From Microcoleus sp. (GTDB lineage: Bacteria > Cyanobacteriota > Cyanobacteriia > Cyanobacteriales > Microcoleaceae), in NCBI GenBank assembly GCA_042408215.1, contig JAYFMW010000008.1:32001-96000 (forward strand): a stretch of DNA of 64,000 bases, written 5' to 3'. The position numbers were made by a program, and so were the translations under genes. The notes under the pieces are model-generated. The model worked only from the letters and a program-made list of their open reading frames with translations, was not told the DNA's origin and did not search any database. This document shows positions 21,154 to 33,087 of the stretch, in pieces (position 1 is the first letter of the stretch; each line of letters starts with the position of its first letter).

Positions 21154-24100
21154 ATGACACAACCACAAATTAAAGATATATTCAAGCAACGTTACAATCA
21201 AGCCAAATGGAAACAATTTCTAGGCGAAACTTTTGCTAATGCTCAATTATTATCAACTCCCGAAACTCTAACTGGTATTGATGTTAACGTGGCTTCCCAG
21301 GCGCAAAAGTTAGGCTATATTCTGTTAGATGAAAATGGCATTGAACGACAAATTGCGGTGTATGAAGTAACGCTGGCACCCGGTATTATCTTAGAACGTA
21401 ATCGGGTAGGATTAAGAAATTTATTGCGTAAATATTGGAAAAATATTGATGCTGCTTTTATTGTTTATCATCGTCCAGAAAGTGCAAATTGGCGTTTTAC
21501 TTATGTTTCGGAATTAACGGGCTATGATGCAGAAGGCGAATTTATAAAAATCAAAACTGAACCTAAACGCTACACATATTTATTAGGTGAAGGTGAAAGC
21601 ATAAGAACGGCTGTTGAACGGTTTGAGCGCATTGTTAAAAAAGGGAGTAAAGCCACTTTAGATGATGTCAAAGAAGCTTTCTCAGTAGAGAAACTTTCTA
21701 AGACGTTTTTTGATGAATATAAAAAGCATTATGATATTTTTTGTAAATATATGGTTTCACAACCAGGAATTAGCCAAACGATTTTTAATGGTGACGAAAA
21801 AGCTATCCGTGATTTTAATAAGAAATTATTGGGGCGGATTGTGTTTTTATATTTCATCCAGAAAAAAGGCTGGTTGGGTGTGCCCAAAAATGAAAGTTGG
21901 GGAAAAGGTGATCGTAACTTCTTAACTAATCACTTTCAAAGTTTTCAACATCCAGAACTTTTTTATCAGGATTTTTTATCGGTTTTATTTTTTGATACCC
22001 TCAACACCAAACGCCCGGATGATTTAATTAAATTGGGAGCAGGTGAACCTTGCAGAATCCCTTTTTTGAATGGTGGTTTGTTTGAAGAAGAAAATAAGCA
22101 TCATCGCCACTTGATTTTTACTGCAAAGTTATTTGAAAATCTTTTTAACTTTTTCGATCAATACAATTTCACCATTTATGAAGATGATCCTAACGATCAT
22201 ACTGTCGCGGTTGATCCTGAAATGTTGGGGCATATTTTTGAGAATTTACTGGAAGATAATAAAGACAAAGGCGCGTATTACACACCGAAAGAGATTGTCC
22301 ATTATATGTGTCAGGAAAGTTTGATTGAATACTTAACTACTTGGTTTGAAAATCAGGGTTATGATATTATTGGTTATGCCAGTATTGGGAATCCTGAACA
22401 ACCGGAATTATTTCCGATAAACGAGTTCAGACAAGGACAATTAGAACTAGAAATTGTAGTCACATCCCCATCAAAAAAAATAGACCGGATATTAATTGAG
22501 AAGTTGCTTAAAAAGACTTTAGATGATCGGGATCAGAAATTAATAAAACAGTATTCTGCCGAATTTAATAAGGCATTAGATAGGGTAAAAATTTGCGATC
22601 CGGCGATTGGTTCGGGGGCTTTTCCGATGGGTTTGTTGCACGAAATATTTACGGCGAAACAAACGCTGCATACTTTTGAATTTGGCAACACAACTAACTT
22701 TGATGCTTCGGGTGTGAAGCTAAATATTATCCAAAATAGTATTTATGGTGTAGATATTGAACGCGGTGCTGTGGATATTGCTAGACTACGTTTCTGGCTG
22801 AGTTTAATTGTAGATGAACCTGAACCGAAAGCTTTACCTAATCTTGATTATAAGATTGTGGTGGGTAATAGTTTGGTGAGTAAGTTGGGGGATGATATTA
22901 TTGATATTGATTGGAATATAGATCAAACTGCTCACGGACTTTTTGGACACGATTTAGCAAAACAACAGCGCGTATTGCTAAAGAAAATCAGCCAAGAACA
23001 AAAGGAGTTTTTTAGCCCAGATAGTGATAAGAAAAAACTATCTGCTGACATCCGCAATCTAAAAATTGATTTGCTTATCAATCAATTGGAGTTAATGGTT
23101 AAAACCCAAGGACAAGAAACTGAACCCAAGGCTTTAAACTTTAAGGATAAAAAGAAATTTGTCAAAGCGACTGAACAGTATTATGAAAGTCTTGGTTGGA
23201 AAAACACTATTGCTCAATTAAAGAAACTGAAAACCAAACCAGAATTATCGCTTAATTTCTTTGATTGGAAATTAGATTTTCCAGAGGTAATGAATGAGCA
23301 AGTTGTGGAAAATGTGGGTTTTGATATTGTGATTGGAAATCCGCCTTATGTATTCGCTAGAGATAGCAAAAGTAAAGGGATAACTCAAGCTGATAAAGAA
23401 TATTATCCAAAGCACTATCAAGTCACAGAATATCAACTTAATTTATATCCTTTGTTTATTGAGAAAGGGTACAATCTTTTAAAAAACAAAGGTTTACTTG
23501 ATTATATAACACCTAATAACTGGTTAACTATTAGTAGCAATAAAAACTTAAGAAAATTTATTTTAGATAATTCTAATATAAAAATAGTTAACTTTTATGC
23601 CAAGGTTTTTGAAAGTGCTGATGTAGATAGTTCAATTATACTGTTTGAAAAATCTCAACAGAATAAATCTATTGAATTATTTGAATATACAGATAATTTT
23701 TATTCTATTTTTGAAACAAAAACTAATTATTTTTTACAGCAAAAAGATTATATTATTAATATTGAAGCTTTTAAGAATACTGAATCACTTAGTTTATTAG
23801 AAAAAATTGAATTACAATCAATTCAACTAAAAACAATTGCTGATGTTAAAGCAGGTTTACAAGCTTATGAAAGAGGAAAAGGGAATCCTCCACAAACAGA
23901 AGAAATCAAAGAAAATAGAGTTTATCATAGTACCACTAAAATCAATGATGATTATATTAAATATTTAGATGGTAAAGATGTTTGTCGTTATTATTTAGGC
24001 TGGAGTGGCGAATATTTAAAATATGGTGATAACTTAGCTTCTCCAAGAAAAGATTTTTCTTTATTTTCGACTCCTCGAATTTTAGTCAGACAAATACCTT

Positions 24101-24537
24101 CCCCTTTACCCTATTCTATCAATGCTTGTTTTACTCAAGAAATTATTTTAAATGATAGAAACTCAATGAATATTATTAATCTTCAAGAAAATCCGATGTT
24201 AATTTTAGGAATTTTCAACAGTAAATTAATATCTTATTGGTTTGCTCATAAATTTGGTAAACTACAAAGAGGGATATTTCCTCAATTTAAAGTTAATGAA
24301 TTAGCTACTTTTCCTATTCCAAACAATTTTGGTAATTATAAACAACCAGTCATAAAATTAATAGATGAGATATTAGAAAAAAAGGAAAAAGATGTTAAGG
24401 CAGACGTATCAGAAATAGATCAACAAATAGACAATTTAGTTTACAAACTTTACGAACTAACATATCAAGAAGTAAAAGTAATAGATCCTGAATTTGCATT
24501 AACTGAACAAGAATATGATGCCATCAAAGTAGAATAA
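21154..24537 (+). CDS. Large Eco57I/TaqI-like N6-adenine DNA methyltransferase with C-terminal specificity domain (type IIG-like)
   Basis: FLNGGLF, GAYYTP, DPAIGSGAF (motif I), YGVDI and GNPPY (motif IV); starts 2 bp after the helicase stop. Confidence 0.9.
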   Translation: MTQPQIKDIFKQRYNQAKWKQFLGETFANAQLLSTPETLTGIDVNVASQAQKLGYILLDENGIERQIAVYEVTLAPGIILERNRVGLRNLLRKYWKNIDAAFIVYHRPESANWRFTYVSELTGYDAEGEFIKIKTEPKRYTYLLGEGESIRTAVERFERIVKKGSKATLDDVKEAFSVEKLSKTFFDEYKKHYDIFCKYMVSQPGISQTIFNGDEKAIRDFNKKLLGRIVFLYFIQKKGWLGVPKNESWGKGDRNFLTNHFQSFQHPELFYQDFLSVLFFDTLNTKRPDDLIKLGAGEPCRIPFLNGGLFEEENKHHRHLIFTAKLFENLFNFFDQYNFTIYEDDPNDHTVAVDPEMLGHIFENLLEDNKDKGAYYTPKEIVHYMCQESLIEYLTTWFENQGYDIIGYASIGNPEQPELFPINEFRQGQLELEIVVTSPSKKIDRILIEKLLKKTLDDRDQKLIKQYSAEFNKALDRVKICDPAIGSGAFPMGLLHEIFTAKQTLHTFEFGNTTNFDASGVKLNIIQNSIYGVDIERGAVDIARLRFWLSLIVDEPEPKALPNLDYKIVVGNSLVSKLGDDIIDIDWNIDQTAHGLFGHDLAKQQRVLLKKISQEQKEFFSPDSDKKKLSADIRNLKIDLLINQLELMVKTQGQETEPKALNFKDKKKFVKATEQYYESLGWKNTIAQLKKLKTKPELSLNFFDWKLDFPEVMNEQVVENVGFDIVIGNPPYVFARDSKSKGITQADKEYYPKHYQVTEYQLNLYPLFIEKGYNLLKNKGLLDYITPNNWLTISSNKNLRKFILDNSNIKIVNFYAKVFESADVDSSIILFEKSQQNKSIELFEYTDNFYSIFETKTNYFLQQKDYIINIEAFKNTESLSLLEKIELQSIQLKTIADVKAGLQAYERGKGNPPQTEEIKENRVYHSTTKINDDYIKYLDGKDVCRYYLGWSGEYLKYGDNLASPRKDFSLFSTPRILVRQIPSPLPYSINACFTQEIILNDRNSMNIINLQENPMLILGIFNSKLISYWFAHKFGKLQRGIFPQFKVNELATFPIPNNFGNYKQPVIKLIDEILEKKEKDVKADVSEIDQQIDNLVYKLYELTYQEVKVIDPEFALTEQEYDAIKVE

Positions 24538-24660
24538 AATAGCCCCCGTATTTTGCCAGCGCCTTTAAAAACTGCACAAACAATTCCCTGTCCCTGAACC
24601 AGCAACGGGCTAGAAAACAGAAACAGGAAAAGTCAATTAATTATGGCGTTGAATATATCG

Positions 24661-27294
24661 CTAATTAGGTTTTCCTGATTTAGCTTTAATAACTCCTTGG
24701 GGTCGATCGAGTAACTTTAACAGTTCAAACCAGACTAAGCTAATCGCTCCACCTCCCAAACAAATTGCCAAGTCGATCGGATGCAGCAAAGAGAAGCTAA
24801 ACAATTGACGCAAGAAGGGGACATACAGCACCAATACAAGGAAGAGCAAGCCACCACCAATCACCCACCACAGGGCAGCATTGGGGGATTGCAGTATTTT
24901 TAAGCTGAGGCGCGAGGTCGAACTTTCGCTCAAAATCAGTCCTAAATTTGCCAAAATCAACGTCGTAAATGTTAACGCACGAGCATCAAGTTCGCCTTGT
25001 CTGCGATATAGCGAGATCATAAATATCGCGAGAACGATCGCTAAAATCACCACACCTTGTAGCACCGCCAATCCCACAGTTTTCCTGCCAAATAAGGGTT
25101 CTTTGGAGTTGCGGGGAGGACGCTGCATCACCGTTGCTTCTGCGGGTTCGGCTTCTAACACAATCGAGCAAGCTGGATCGATAATCAAATGTAGAAATGC
25201 AACGTGAACGGGAAGTAATACTAACGGCAACTTAAACAACACTGGAATTAAAGACATCCCTGCGATCGGAATATGAATCGCTAGAAGATATGCCATTGCT
25301 TTACGGAGATTATCAAAAATTCGCCGTCCAAGTTTGACCGCTTGCACGATGGATGAAAAATCATCATCTAATAACACTAACGCCGCCGATTCACGGGCAA
25401 CATCCGTGCCTCGCTGACCCATTGCAATCCCAATTTGGGCAGATTTTAAGGCAGGGGCATCATTCACGCCATCCCCCGTCATTGCAACGATTTCACCCTT
25501 GGATTTCAAAGCATTAACTATCCGCAATTTTTGTTCGGGAACGGCTCTTGCAAAGATATTTGTACTTTGAATACGCTGCTGAAGTTCATCGTCACTCATG
25601 CGATCTAATTCTGCTCCAGTTACGATCGCTCCCATTTGCATCAATCCAACTTGACGAGCAATGGTTTGAGCAGTTTCTGGATAATCACCCGTAATCATCA
25701 CTACTCGAATCCCAGCGGTATAACATTCTTTAATCGCCGCCGCAACGGTTGGACGCACTGGATCGGACAGTCCAACTAATCCTAGAAATTGAAAAGGAAA
25801 ATCATGTTGTTTATCTGGTAAACTATCAAGATTGAGAGACGGATGAGGTGGTAAAAATGGGGGTGGTGCACCAATAAGAGGCGCTTTAGCAACACCTAAT
25901 ACCCGCAATCCTTGCTCTGCCATTTTACTGATTTGCGCGGCTAGAATTTGCTGCTGTTCGGGCGTGAAATGACAGAGATCCGCGATCGCTTCTGGTGCTC
26001 CTTTCGCAGCAATTTCATACTGCTTGCTATCGGCTGACTGCCAAACGTGAGACATTGCTAATAGCTCCGGTGAGAGCGGATATTCTCGTAACAGTTTCCA
26101 ATCGTTGTGCAGATGTTCGGTATCCGCGAGATAGCGATCGCCCAATTGCTTAAACGCTTTCTCCATCGGATCAAACGGATCTCTTTGGCTTGCTAGAATA
26201 CAGAACTCGACTAATTCATGCACCGATTCGGGAAGCGGTTCTTTTGAATGTAATTCTAAATTATATGGCTGAGGATTTTCTGACTGGTTATATGCAAATA
26301 GTTGTTGCACAGCCATAATATTCTGAGTCAAAGTCCCGGTTTTATCCACACACAAAACCGTTGCAGAACCCAAAGTTTCAACCGCAGAAGTGCGACGAGC
26401 TAAGACATGATTTTGAGAAATGCGCCAAGCTCCTAATGCTAAGAAGATTGTCACAACAACCGGAAATTCGTTCGGCAAAATTGCCATCGCCAATGTAATG
26501 CCCGCGAGAATTCCTTTGAGCCAATCTCCTCGCATGAGTCCATAAATCACCACAATCACTACACACAGCAATAAAGCGATGCCAAACAAACGACTCACTA
26601 ACCGATTCATTTCCTGTTGCAAAGGTGTCGGTTCTGGCTGCACTTTTTGTAATGCTTTGCCAATCTTGCCCATCTCTGTTTGAGCGCCGATCGCTTGGAC
26701 TTTAGCTATTCCCTGTCCCTGCACAACTAAGGTGCCAGAAAACACAAATGGTAACTCATCTCCCCCCGGACGGGCCATCTCTACGCTACCCACAGCGGCA
26801 ACTTTACGAACTGGTAAAGATTCCCCGGTTAATAATGATTCATCGGTGGAGAGATTGGAGCAAGAAAGCACGATTGCATCCGCAGGAATGCGATCGCCTT
26901 CTGCTAGCACTAAAATATCTTCCCGGACGACTTCTCGCCCTGCAATCCGTTTTCGCTCCCCATCCCGAATCACTAAGGCGCGAGGACTGGAAAGATCGCG
27001 CAAGGCTTCTAGGGCGTGTTCGGTTTTGCCTTCCTGGTAGAGGCTAATTCCGGCGATCAAAAAGACGAATCCTAACAAAATCAGGGCTTCTTGTAGGTCG
27101 CCTAAAATCCAATAAATGACACCACCACCGACTAGCAAGAGAAAGATTGGATCTTGAACGATCTCCCAGGCGATCGAGAACAGATTGCGCGATTGTGCTG
27201 AGGGAAGTTCATTGTAGCCTTCGTCTTTGAGCCGGGCGATCGCGTCTTGTTCAGATAAGCCAGTTACGGTATTGATATCGACTGGTGAAACCAT
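24661..27294 (-). CDS. Cation-translocating P-type ATPase (type II-like)
   Basis: TGES, PNEFP, DKTGT, KGAPE, MITGD and GDGVNDAP motifs. Confidence 0.93.
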   Translation of the reverse strand: MVSPVDINTVTGLSEQDAIARLKDEGYNELPSAQSRNLFSIAWEIVQDPIFLLLVGGGVIYWILGDLQEALILLGFVFLIAGISLYQEGKTEHALEALRDLSSPRALVIRDGERKRIAGREVVREDILVLAEGDRIPADAIVLSCSNLSTDESLLTGESLPVRKVAAVGSVEMARPGGDELPFVFSGTLVVQGQGIAKVQAIGAQTEMGKIGKALQKVQPEPTPLQQEMNRLVSRLFGIALLLCVVIVVIYGLMRGDWLKGILAGITLAMAILPNEFPVVVTIFLALGAWRISQNHVLARRTSAVETLGSATVLCVDKTGTLTQNIMAVQQLFAYNQSENPQPYNLELHSKEPLPESVHELVEFCILASQRDPFDPMEKAFKQLGDRYLADTEHLHNDWKLLREYPLSPELLAMSHVWQSADSKQYEIAAKGAPEAIADLCHFTPEQQQILAAQISKMAEQGLRVLGVAKAPLIGAPPPFLPPHPSLNLDSLPDKQHDFPFQFLGLVGLSDPVRPTVAAAIKECYTAGIRVVMITGDYPETAQTIARQVGLMQMGAIVTGAELDRMSDDELQQRIQSTNIFARAVPEQKLRIVNALKSKGEIVAMTGDGVNDAPALKSAQIGIAMGQRGTDVARESAALVLLDDDFSSIVQAVKLGRRIFDNLRKAMAYLLAIHIPIAGMSLIPVLFKLPLVLLPVHVAFLHLIIDPACSIVLEAEPAEATVMQRPPRNSKEPLFGRKTVGLAVLQGVVILAIVLAIFMISLYRRQGELDARALTFTTLILANLGLILSESSTSRLSLKILQSPNAALWWVIGGGLLFLVLVLYVPFLRQLFSFSLLHPIDLAICLGGGAISLVWFELLKLLDRPQGVIKAKSGKPN

Positions 27295-27613
27295 AATTTG
27301 TTTTTTGATAACTTTTTTTGATAACATTGATAGAATCAAGGAAATCGGATCAGGCATCAATCAAAACAGTAATTCAATACTAACATGACGCATGGCCTAT
27401 GCAACAGATATACCAGACTTTTTCAAGTCAGGTATTCTGTGGGTTTCAGTTGTTTTTCGAGATGAGGGAGGTGAAATTGAGGAAACATTATTGTATAGAT
27501 GGAAATACTTAACAATTTTGACCCCATCTTTTTTAGATAAAGTTGCGTAAATCCGCCATAGATCAGGCTTTTGACGGGGTTCTCATCCGTCAAATACCTC
27601 TTGCATAAATACT

Positions 27614-27935
27614 TACAGCGGTTTCCGCTGTTATGAGGTACACCAACTTATCGATCAACCCTCGTAGGGACACGGCTCTTGGACATAGGTGTCAACTTAA
27701 GGTCAAACCCAGTCAGAGACTGTTGTTTGACTATTAAATCTAGATCCCCCCGCATTCTTGCCCCCTACTCAACCCCTACTCCCCTTAAGAAGGGGGGGAC
27801 AAGAGTCTTCTCAAAGTCACCCCCTACTCCCCTTCTTAAGGGGGATTTAGGGGGATCTAGACTTAGGTAAAAGCGAGAGATACCAAGGGTTTCAGGCTTA
27901 AGTTGACACCAATGGGCTCGCTTGAGTGTCCCTAC
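27614..27935. mobile_element. Three nested MITE/repeat elements
   Basis: Outer TACAGCGG...GTAGGGACAC/GTGTCCCTAC element; middle element 27684-27914 with TIR CATAGGTGTCAACTTAAG / CTTAAGTTGACACCAATG; inner TCTAGATCCCCC...GGGGGATCTAGA at 27739-27861. Confidence 0.75.
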
Positions 27936-28041
27936 CGTACTTCATAAGTGTGGAATCTGCTGTAAATTGTCATGTTGAGCGCAGTCAAAAATAGGCGCGT
28001 GATTCTTCACTCCAGGAGCCTTTCGTTCAGAATGACATTCC

Positions 28042-28389
28042 TCATTTTGGGACTTTTGCAAGCGGTATATTGATTTGAGCCTCAGTGGATTCCTTTTTAG
28101 AAGTAGGCAGCCTATGAAACCACATAGAAATTCCAGTAAAAAGTAAGATGAACAAGCCGATCGCATTCAGGAAGGGATAAATGACTTCTAGATTAAGTGC
28201 TCCCAACTGTCCCTTGTGCCAATGTAATAACCATTTAAACCCATCTTCTTTGCCTGCCAAATCAACTATCTGATAAACCGTTCCTGTCAGGGTTGTCAGC
28301 AATAGAGGTAACAACATAATGGGAGCAAGTGTGCGATGAAGATGGCTAATATTTTGAAAATAGTGGTCGTGCTTTTTGGCGGTTGTCAT
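28042..28389 (-). CDS. PepSY-associated TM-helix type small membrane protein
   Basis: HRTLAPIMLLPLLLTTLTG, WLLHWHKG and TGISMW. Confidence 0.65.
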   Translation of the reverse strand: MTTAKKHDHYFQNISHLHRTLAPIMLLPLLLTTLTGTVYQIVDLAGKEDGFKWLLHWHKGQLGALNLEVIYPFLNAIGLFILLFTGISMWFHRLPTSKKESTEAQINIPLAKVPK

Positions 28390-28520
28390 CAAATAAGTTC
28401 CTTGATGTATGGGTCGATCAAAAATTAGTTCAGTAGTTCTTTTTGAGGAAGGTGGAATTAAATAGAAGATGACTGTAGAGTGGGCCATGCCCACCCTAGG
28501 GTTTAATCTTCACCAGGCCC

Positions 28521-29213
28521 TGAGTTTGTTGCCTTTATTGCAATTTATCCGCTGTCAACTAACTCCCCGACAAGCTTGGTTGAATCGTGTCTTGCTTCTC
28601 CATAGTTTCCGCAGCAGTTTCAGCATCTCGTCTGGTGCAAATCGCTTCCAAGGTTGCTTTTTCAGCTTCTTCCATCGCCGCCATTGCTAATAAAATCGCT
28701 GTATTTGCATAGTCTTCAGCTTGCTCTGCCCGATGTTCGAGTTTCGTGAGTTCGCGACTCGCTTTCCATTCCTCGATATTCGATTTAACCTCAGATTCTT
28801 TTTCTTCAAATTGAGTTTTGAGCTTGGCTCGGTACTCATCGAATTCTTGTTTCTTAGCCTCTAGCTTTGTCTTCACTTCGTCGAGTTTCGATTGAATCTC
28901 AGCTTGAGTTTTCTTCGGCGCAGATTGAATGCTTTCCTTCAGAGATTTTGCTCGGTCTTCAACTGCTTCTAAATTGTCATGAAGTTGTTTGGTGAAGTTG
29001 TCAATTGCAATACCCATGATGATGCCTCTAGTATGTTGAGTTTCTAAAATTTGTCGAGAGTGTTATTAAATGACCAGCCAGCTATAACAGTCGTTGTTGT
29101 CAATGACCTCGTTGACTTTACTGGTGAAAAATGAAATAACTCCTTTATGATTTCATGATGCGGAGTTATTGCCATCTATCTTAGGTTTAAGATGTGAATA
29201 TCTTGAGAGGTAG
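28521..29213. repeat. ~690-bp direct repeat, copy 1 (copy 2 at 43409-44110)
   Basis: Near-identical gene plus ~200 bp upstream and ~40 bp downstream DNA. Confidence 0.92.
28559..29017 (-). CDS. Coiled-coil hypothetical protein (paralog of 43456-43905)
   Basis: K/E/A-rich helical ORF kept intact in both repeat copies. Confidence 0.8.
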   Translation of the reverse strand: MGIAIDNFTKQLHDNLEAVEDRAKSLKESIQSAPKKTQAEIQSKLDEVKTKLEAKKQEFDEYRAKLKTQFEEKESEVKSNIEEWKASRELTKLEHRAEQAEDYANTAILLAMAAMEEAEKATLEAICTRRDAETAAETMEKQDTIQPSLSGS

Positions 29214-29396
29214 ATCTACCAGTCGCCCCTGTTAGGACATGGATGATAGCTTCCACCCTTAATAGTTAAGCATCTTGACGAATGACTCCTGGTGCATCGC
29301 AAAAATAGTGTGAACGAGTAACCATGACCCAATAATCGTTACCAATGCCAGAATTACCTGGGGAATCACTACACTGATCTCCTTTTCCAGTAATTT

Positions 29397-29786
29397 TTAT
29401 TCTCCTTCTTCTTGGTTGGAAGTATCTTCTGGAAACCGAGTAGAATCCTCCGGTGGTTGAGATGAGGCCATGCGTTCCTGCTCCTGGGATACCCATTCCC
29501 ATGCAATCAAACAACCTAGGGTTAAACCTGCTAGCATTAGTGCCAATGTCCATGAGAACTGACTGGGAAATTGGCGATCGATCCAGATTCCTAGCGCCAT
29601 TCCTAACAAAGTTGGTACGACGACTGACCAACCGACTAAGCCGGCGAAACCTAAACCAAACCAAACACCGCCATAGGGTTTTGTTTGGCGAGCATAAAGC
29701 TTGCGTCGTTCTTTATTGCCGATCGCCTTGGTGAAGGTATACCAAGGCGATCGCGACTTACGCGAGTGAGGATCTGGGGTGTTCAT
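29397..29786 (-). CDS. atpQ: N-ATPase subunit AtpQ (AtpI/AtpZ-like)
   Basis: GLVGWSVVVPTLLG..LGIWID; overlaps the atpC stop. Confidence 0.85.
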   Translation of the reverse strand: MNTPDPHSRKSRSPWYTFTKAIGNKERRKLYARQTKPYGGVWFGLGFAGLVGWSVVVPTLLGMALGIWIDRQFPSQFSWTLALMLAGLTLGCLIAWEWVSQEQERMASSQPPEDSTRFPEDTSNQEEGE

Positions 29787-30205
29787 AGATATTCTCCTAA
29801 CTCGATAAAGCGCCGAATCGTGCTGACTTCTAGCTTTGCTAAGACTGAACGTGCTGTTGTTTCCCGTTCATCAATTAAGCGAAACTGTTGCTCAACGGTT
29901 TGTCTCAACATTCCCAAATCGCCACCTTTGACAGCGTGTTGGGTTGCGACTGTTACCCGATCGCCATGTTTGATCAAAATCCCTTGATCGATCGCTAAAA
30001 ATTCTTCTTGTCCTTGTGGCGAGACAAAGGATAACAGACTTGGTATGAGCGTCGCGACAAAATCTAAATGACGAGGAAGCAAGCAAAACATCCCATTCTC
30101 CGCTTCCGCAATTACTTTGAGCGCGCCTGTTTCGAGCATGATTTTAGTGGGCAAAACAACTTTGAGCCGCATTTCTGAACGCATTTCTGATTGCGAAGAA
30201 GTCAT
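29783..30205 (-). CDS. atpC: N-ATPase epsilon subunit
   Basis: G.FCLLPRHLDFV and GILIK motifs; position in the operon. Confidence 0.9.
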   Translation of the reverse strand: MTSSQSEMRSEMRLKVVLPTKIMLETGALKVIAEAENGMFCLLPRHLDFVATLIPSLLSFVSPQGQEEFLAIDQGILIKHGDRVTVATQHAVKGGDLGMLRQTVEQQFRLIDERETTARSVLAKLEVSTIRRFIELGEYL

Positions 30206-30230
30206 GATTTTGTCTCCATGTTTCAGAGTT

Positions 30231-31772
<1,542 letters not shown>

Positions 31773-31801
31773 TCACACTCGTTTAGTTCCAATGGTGTCA
31801 A

Positions 31802-32116
31802 GGAATTAGGAATTGAGAATTACGAATTAGGAATTGATAAATTTAAACCTCGTAATTCGTCATGGGTAATTCGTAATTTAAAAAACCTCGTAATTCGTCA
31901 TGGGTAATTCTTCATGGTAATTCGTAATTTAAAAAACCTCGCAATTTGCAATTCCTAATTTAAACAACCTCGCAATTCGTAATTTGTCATGGGTAATTTT
32001 TCATGGTAATTCGTAATTTAAAAAACTTCGCAATTCGCAATTCAAAATTCGTAATTCGCAATTCAAAATTCGTAATTCAAAATTCGTAATTCGTAATTCA
32101 AAATTCGTAATTCGTA
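31802..32116. repeat. Heptamer array (AATTCGT/AATTCGC/AATTCAA)n between atpG and atpD
   Basis: More than 25 degenerate 7-mers, preceded by a short inverted tract. Confidence 0.9.
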
Positions 32117-32182
32117 CCTCTGAGATACTATACCGATTAATTTTACATCCGATTTTGGCGATCGCAGAACGTTTGAGAAGTC

Positions 32183-33085
32183 CTACCTTTGCATCAACTC
32201 AAAGCCTGAAATAATTTCTAGCAATTCACCTGTAATTGCAGATTGGCGTTCTTGTTGAAAACGACCATTAAATTCTGTGAGCCGATCTTCAATGTTTTTT
32301 TCAGCAACTTGCATAGAAGCAAGACGGCTAGCATTTTCGCTCGCAAGAGACTCACCAAACGCCCGATAGAGCGAAATAAAGAAATATTGTCGCAATAGAG
32401 ACGCAACCAAAGCATCGCTCGGCATCGTAAAAGTCGGTAGAGTCCGCGATTGCCATGTTTGGCTTTCGATATATTGCAGCCAAGCGCGATCGAGCGGCAA
32501 TAATTGCAGCTTGTACGGCTCATAAAACGTATTGGAATGTAAGTGGTTGTAGAACAAGAGGATGCGCGCAACTTGCTGGCGATCGCGCCACGTAGCAATA
32601 TGCAACAAAATTTCTTGCACCATTGACGTGATCCCCGCTAGGGAACTTGGCATGGCGAAAGTCTGCTCGATCCCATAGCCTGCGGTTTCTAAATGGGTGA
32701 TCGGTCTTGAGCCGATCGCGAAAATCGCAAGTTGTTCTTGTGCGATGTTCAACTTCTCTAATTCGGCGATCGCATAGCGGCTAATCTGTTCATTAAATTG
32801 ACCACACATTCCTTGCTCAGAGCCAAAGATCATCACGCCGCAACGACCAACACAGCAGGTCAAAAGGGCGCGTGGGTAACAGGCGGGGCGATCGCCATTA
32901 GTATGTGTGGGCGCCATTGCAACGTGCAGAGCCATTTCGATGGTACGGTTATATTCAGCAAGGGAAGCCACCGCCTGTTCGTATTGATGGATATTTACCG
33001 CCGCTAATACTTTCATCATTTTCACTACGGCTCGCAGCTCTTCGGCAGTGTGGATTTGGCGTTGGAGAAACTCAAGAGATGACAT
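32183..33085 (-). CDS. atpG: N-ATPase gamma subunit
   Basis: MKVLAAV, SEQGMCGQFN, SENASRLASM and RQSAITGELLEI. Confidence 0.93.
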   Translation of the reverse strand: MSSLEFLQRQIHTAEELRAVVKMMKVLAAVNIHQYEQAVASLAEYNRTIEMALHVAMAPTHTNGDRPACYPRALLTCCVGRCGVMIFGSEQGMCGQFNEQISRYAIAELEKLNIAQEQLAIFAIGSRPITHLETAGYGIEQTFAMPSSLAGITSMVQEILLHIATWRDRQQVARILLFYNHLHSNTFYEPYKLQLLPLDRAWLQYIESQTWQSRTLPTFTMPSDALVASLLRQYFFISLYRAFGESLASENASRLASMQVAEKNIEDRLTEFNGRFQQERQSAITGELLEIISGFELMQR

Positions 33086-33087
33086 AG

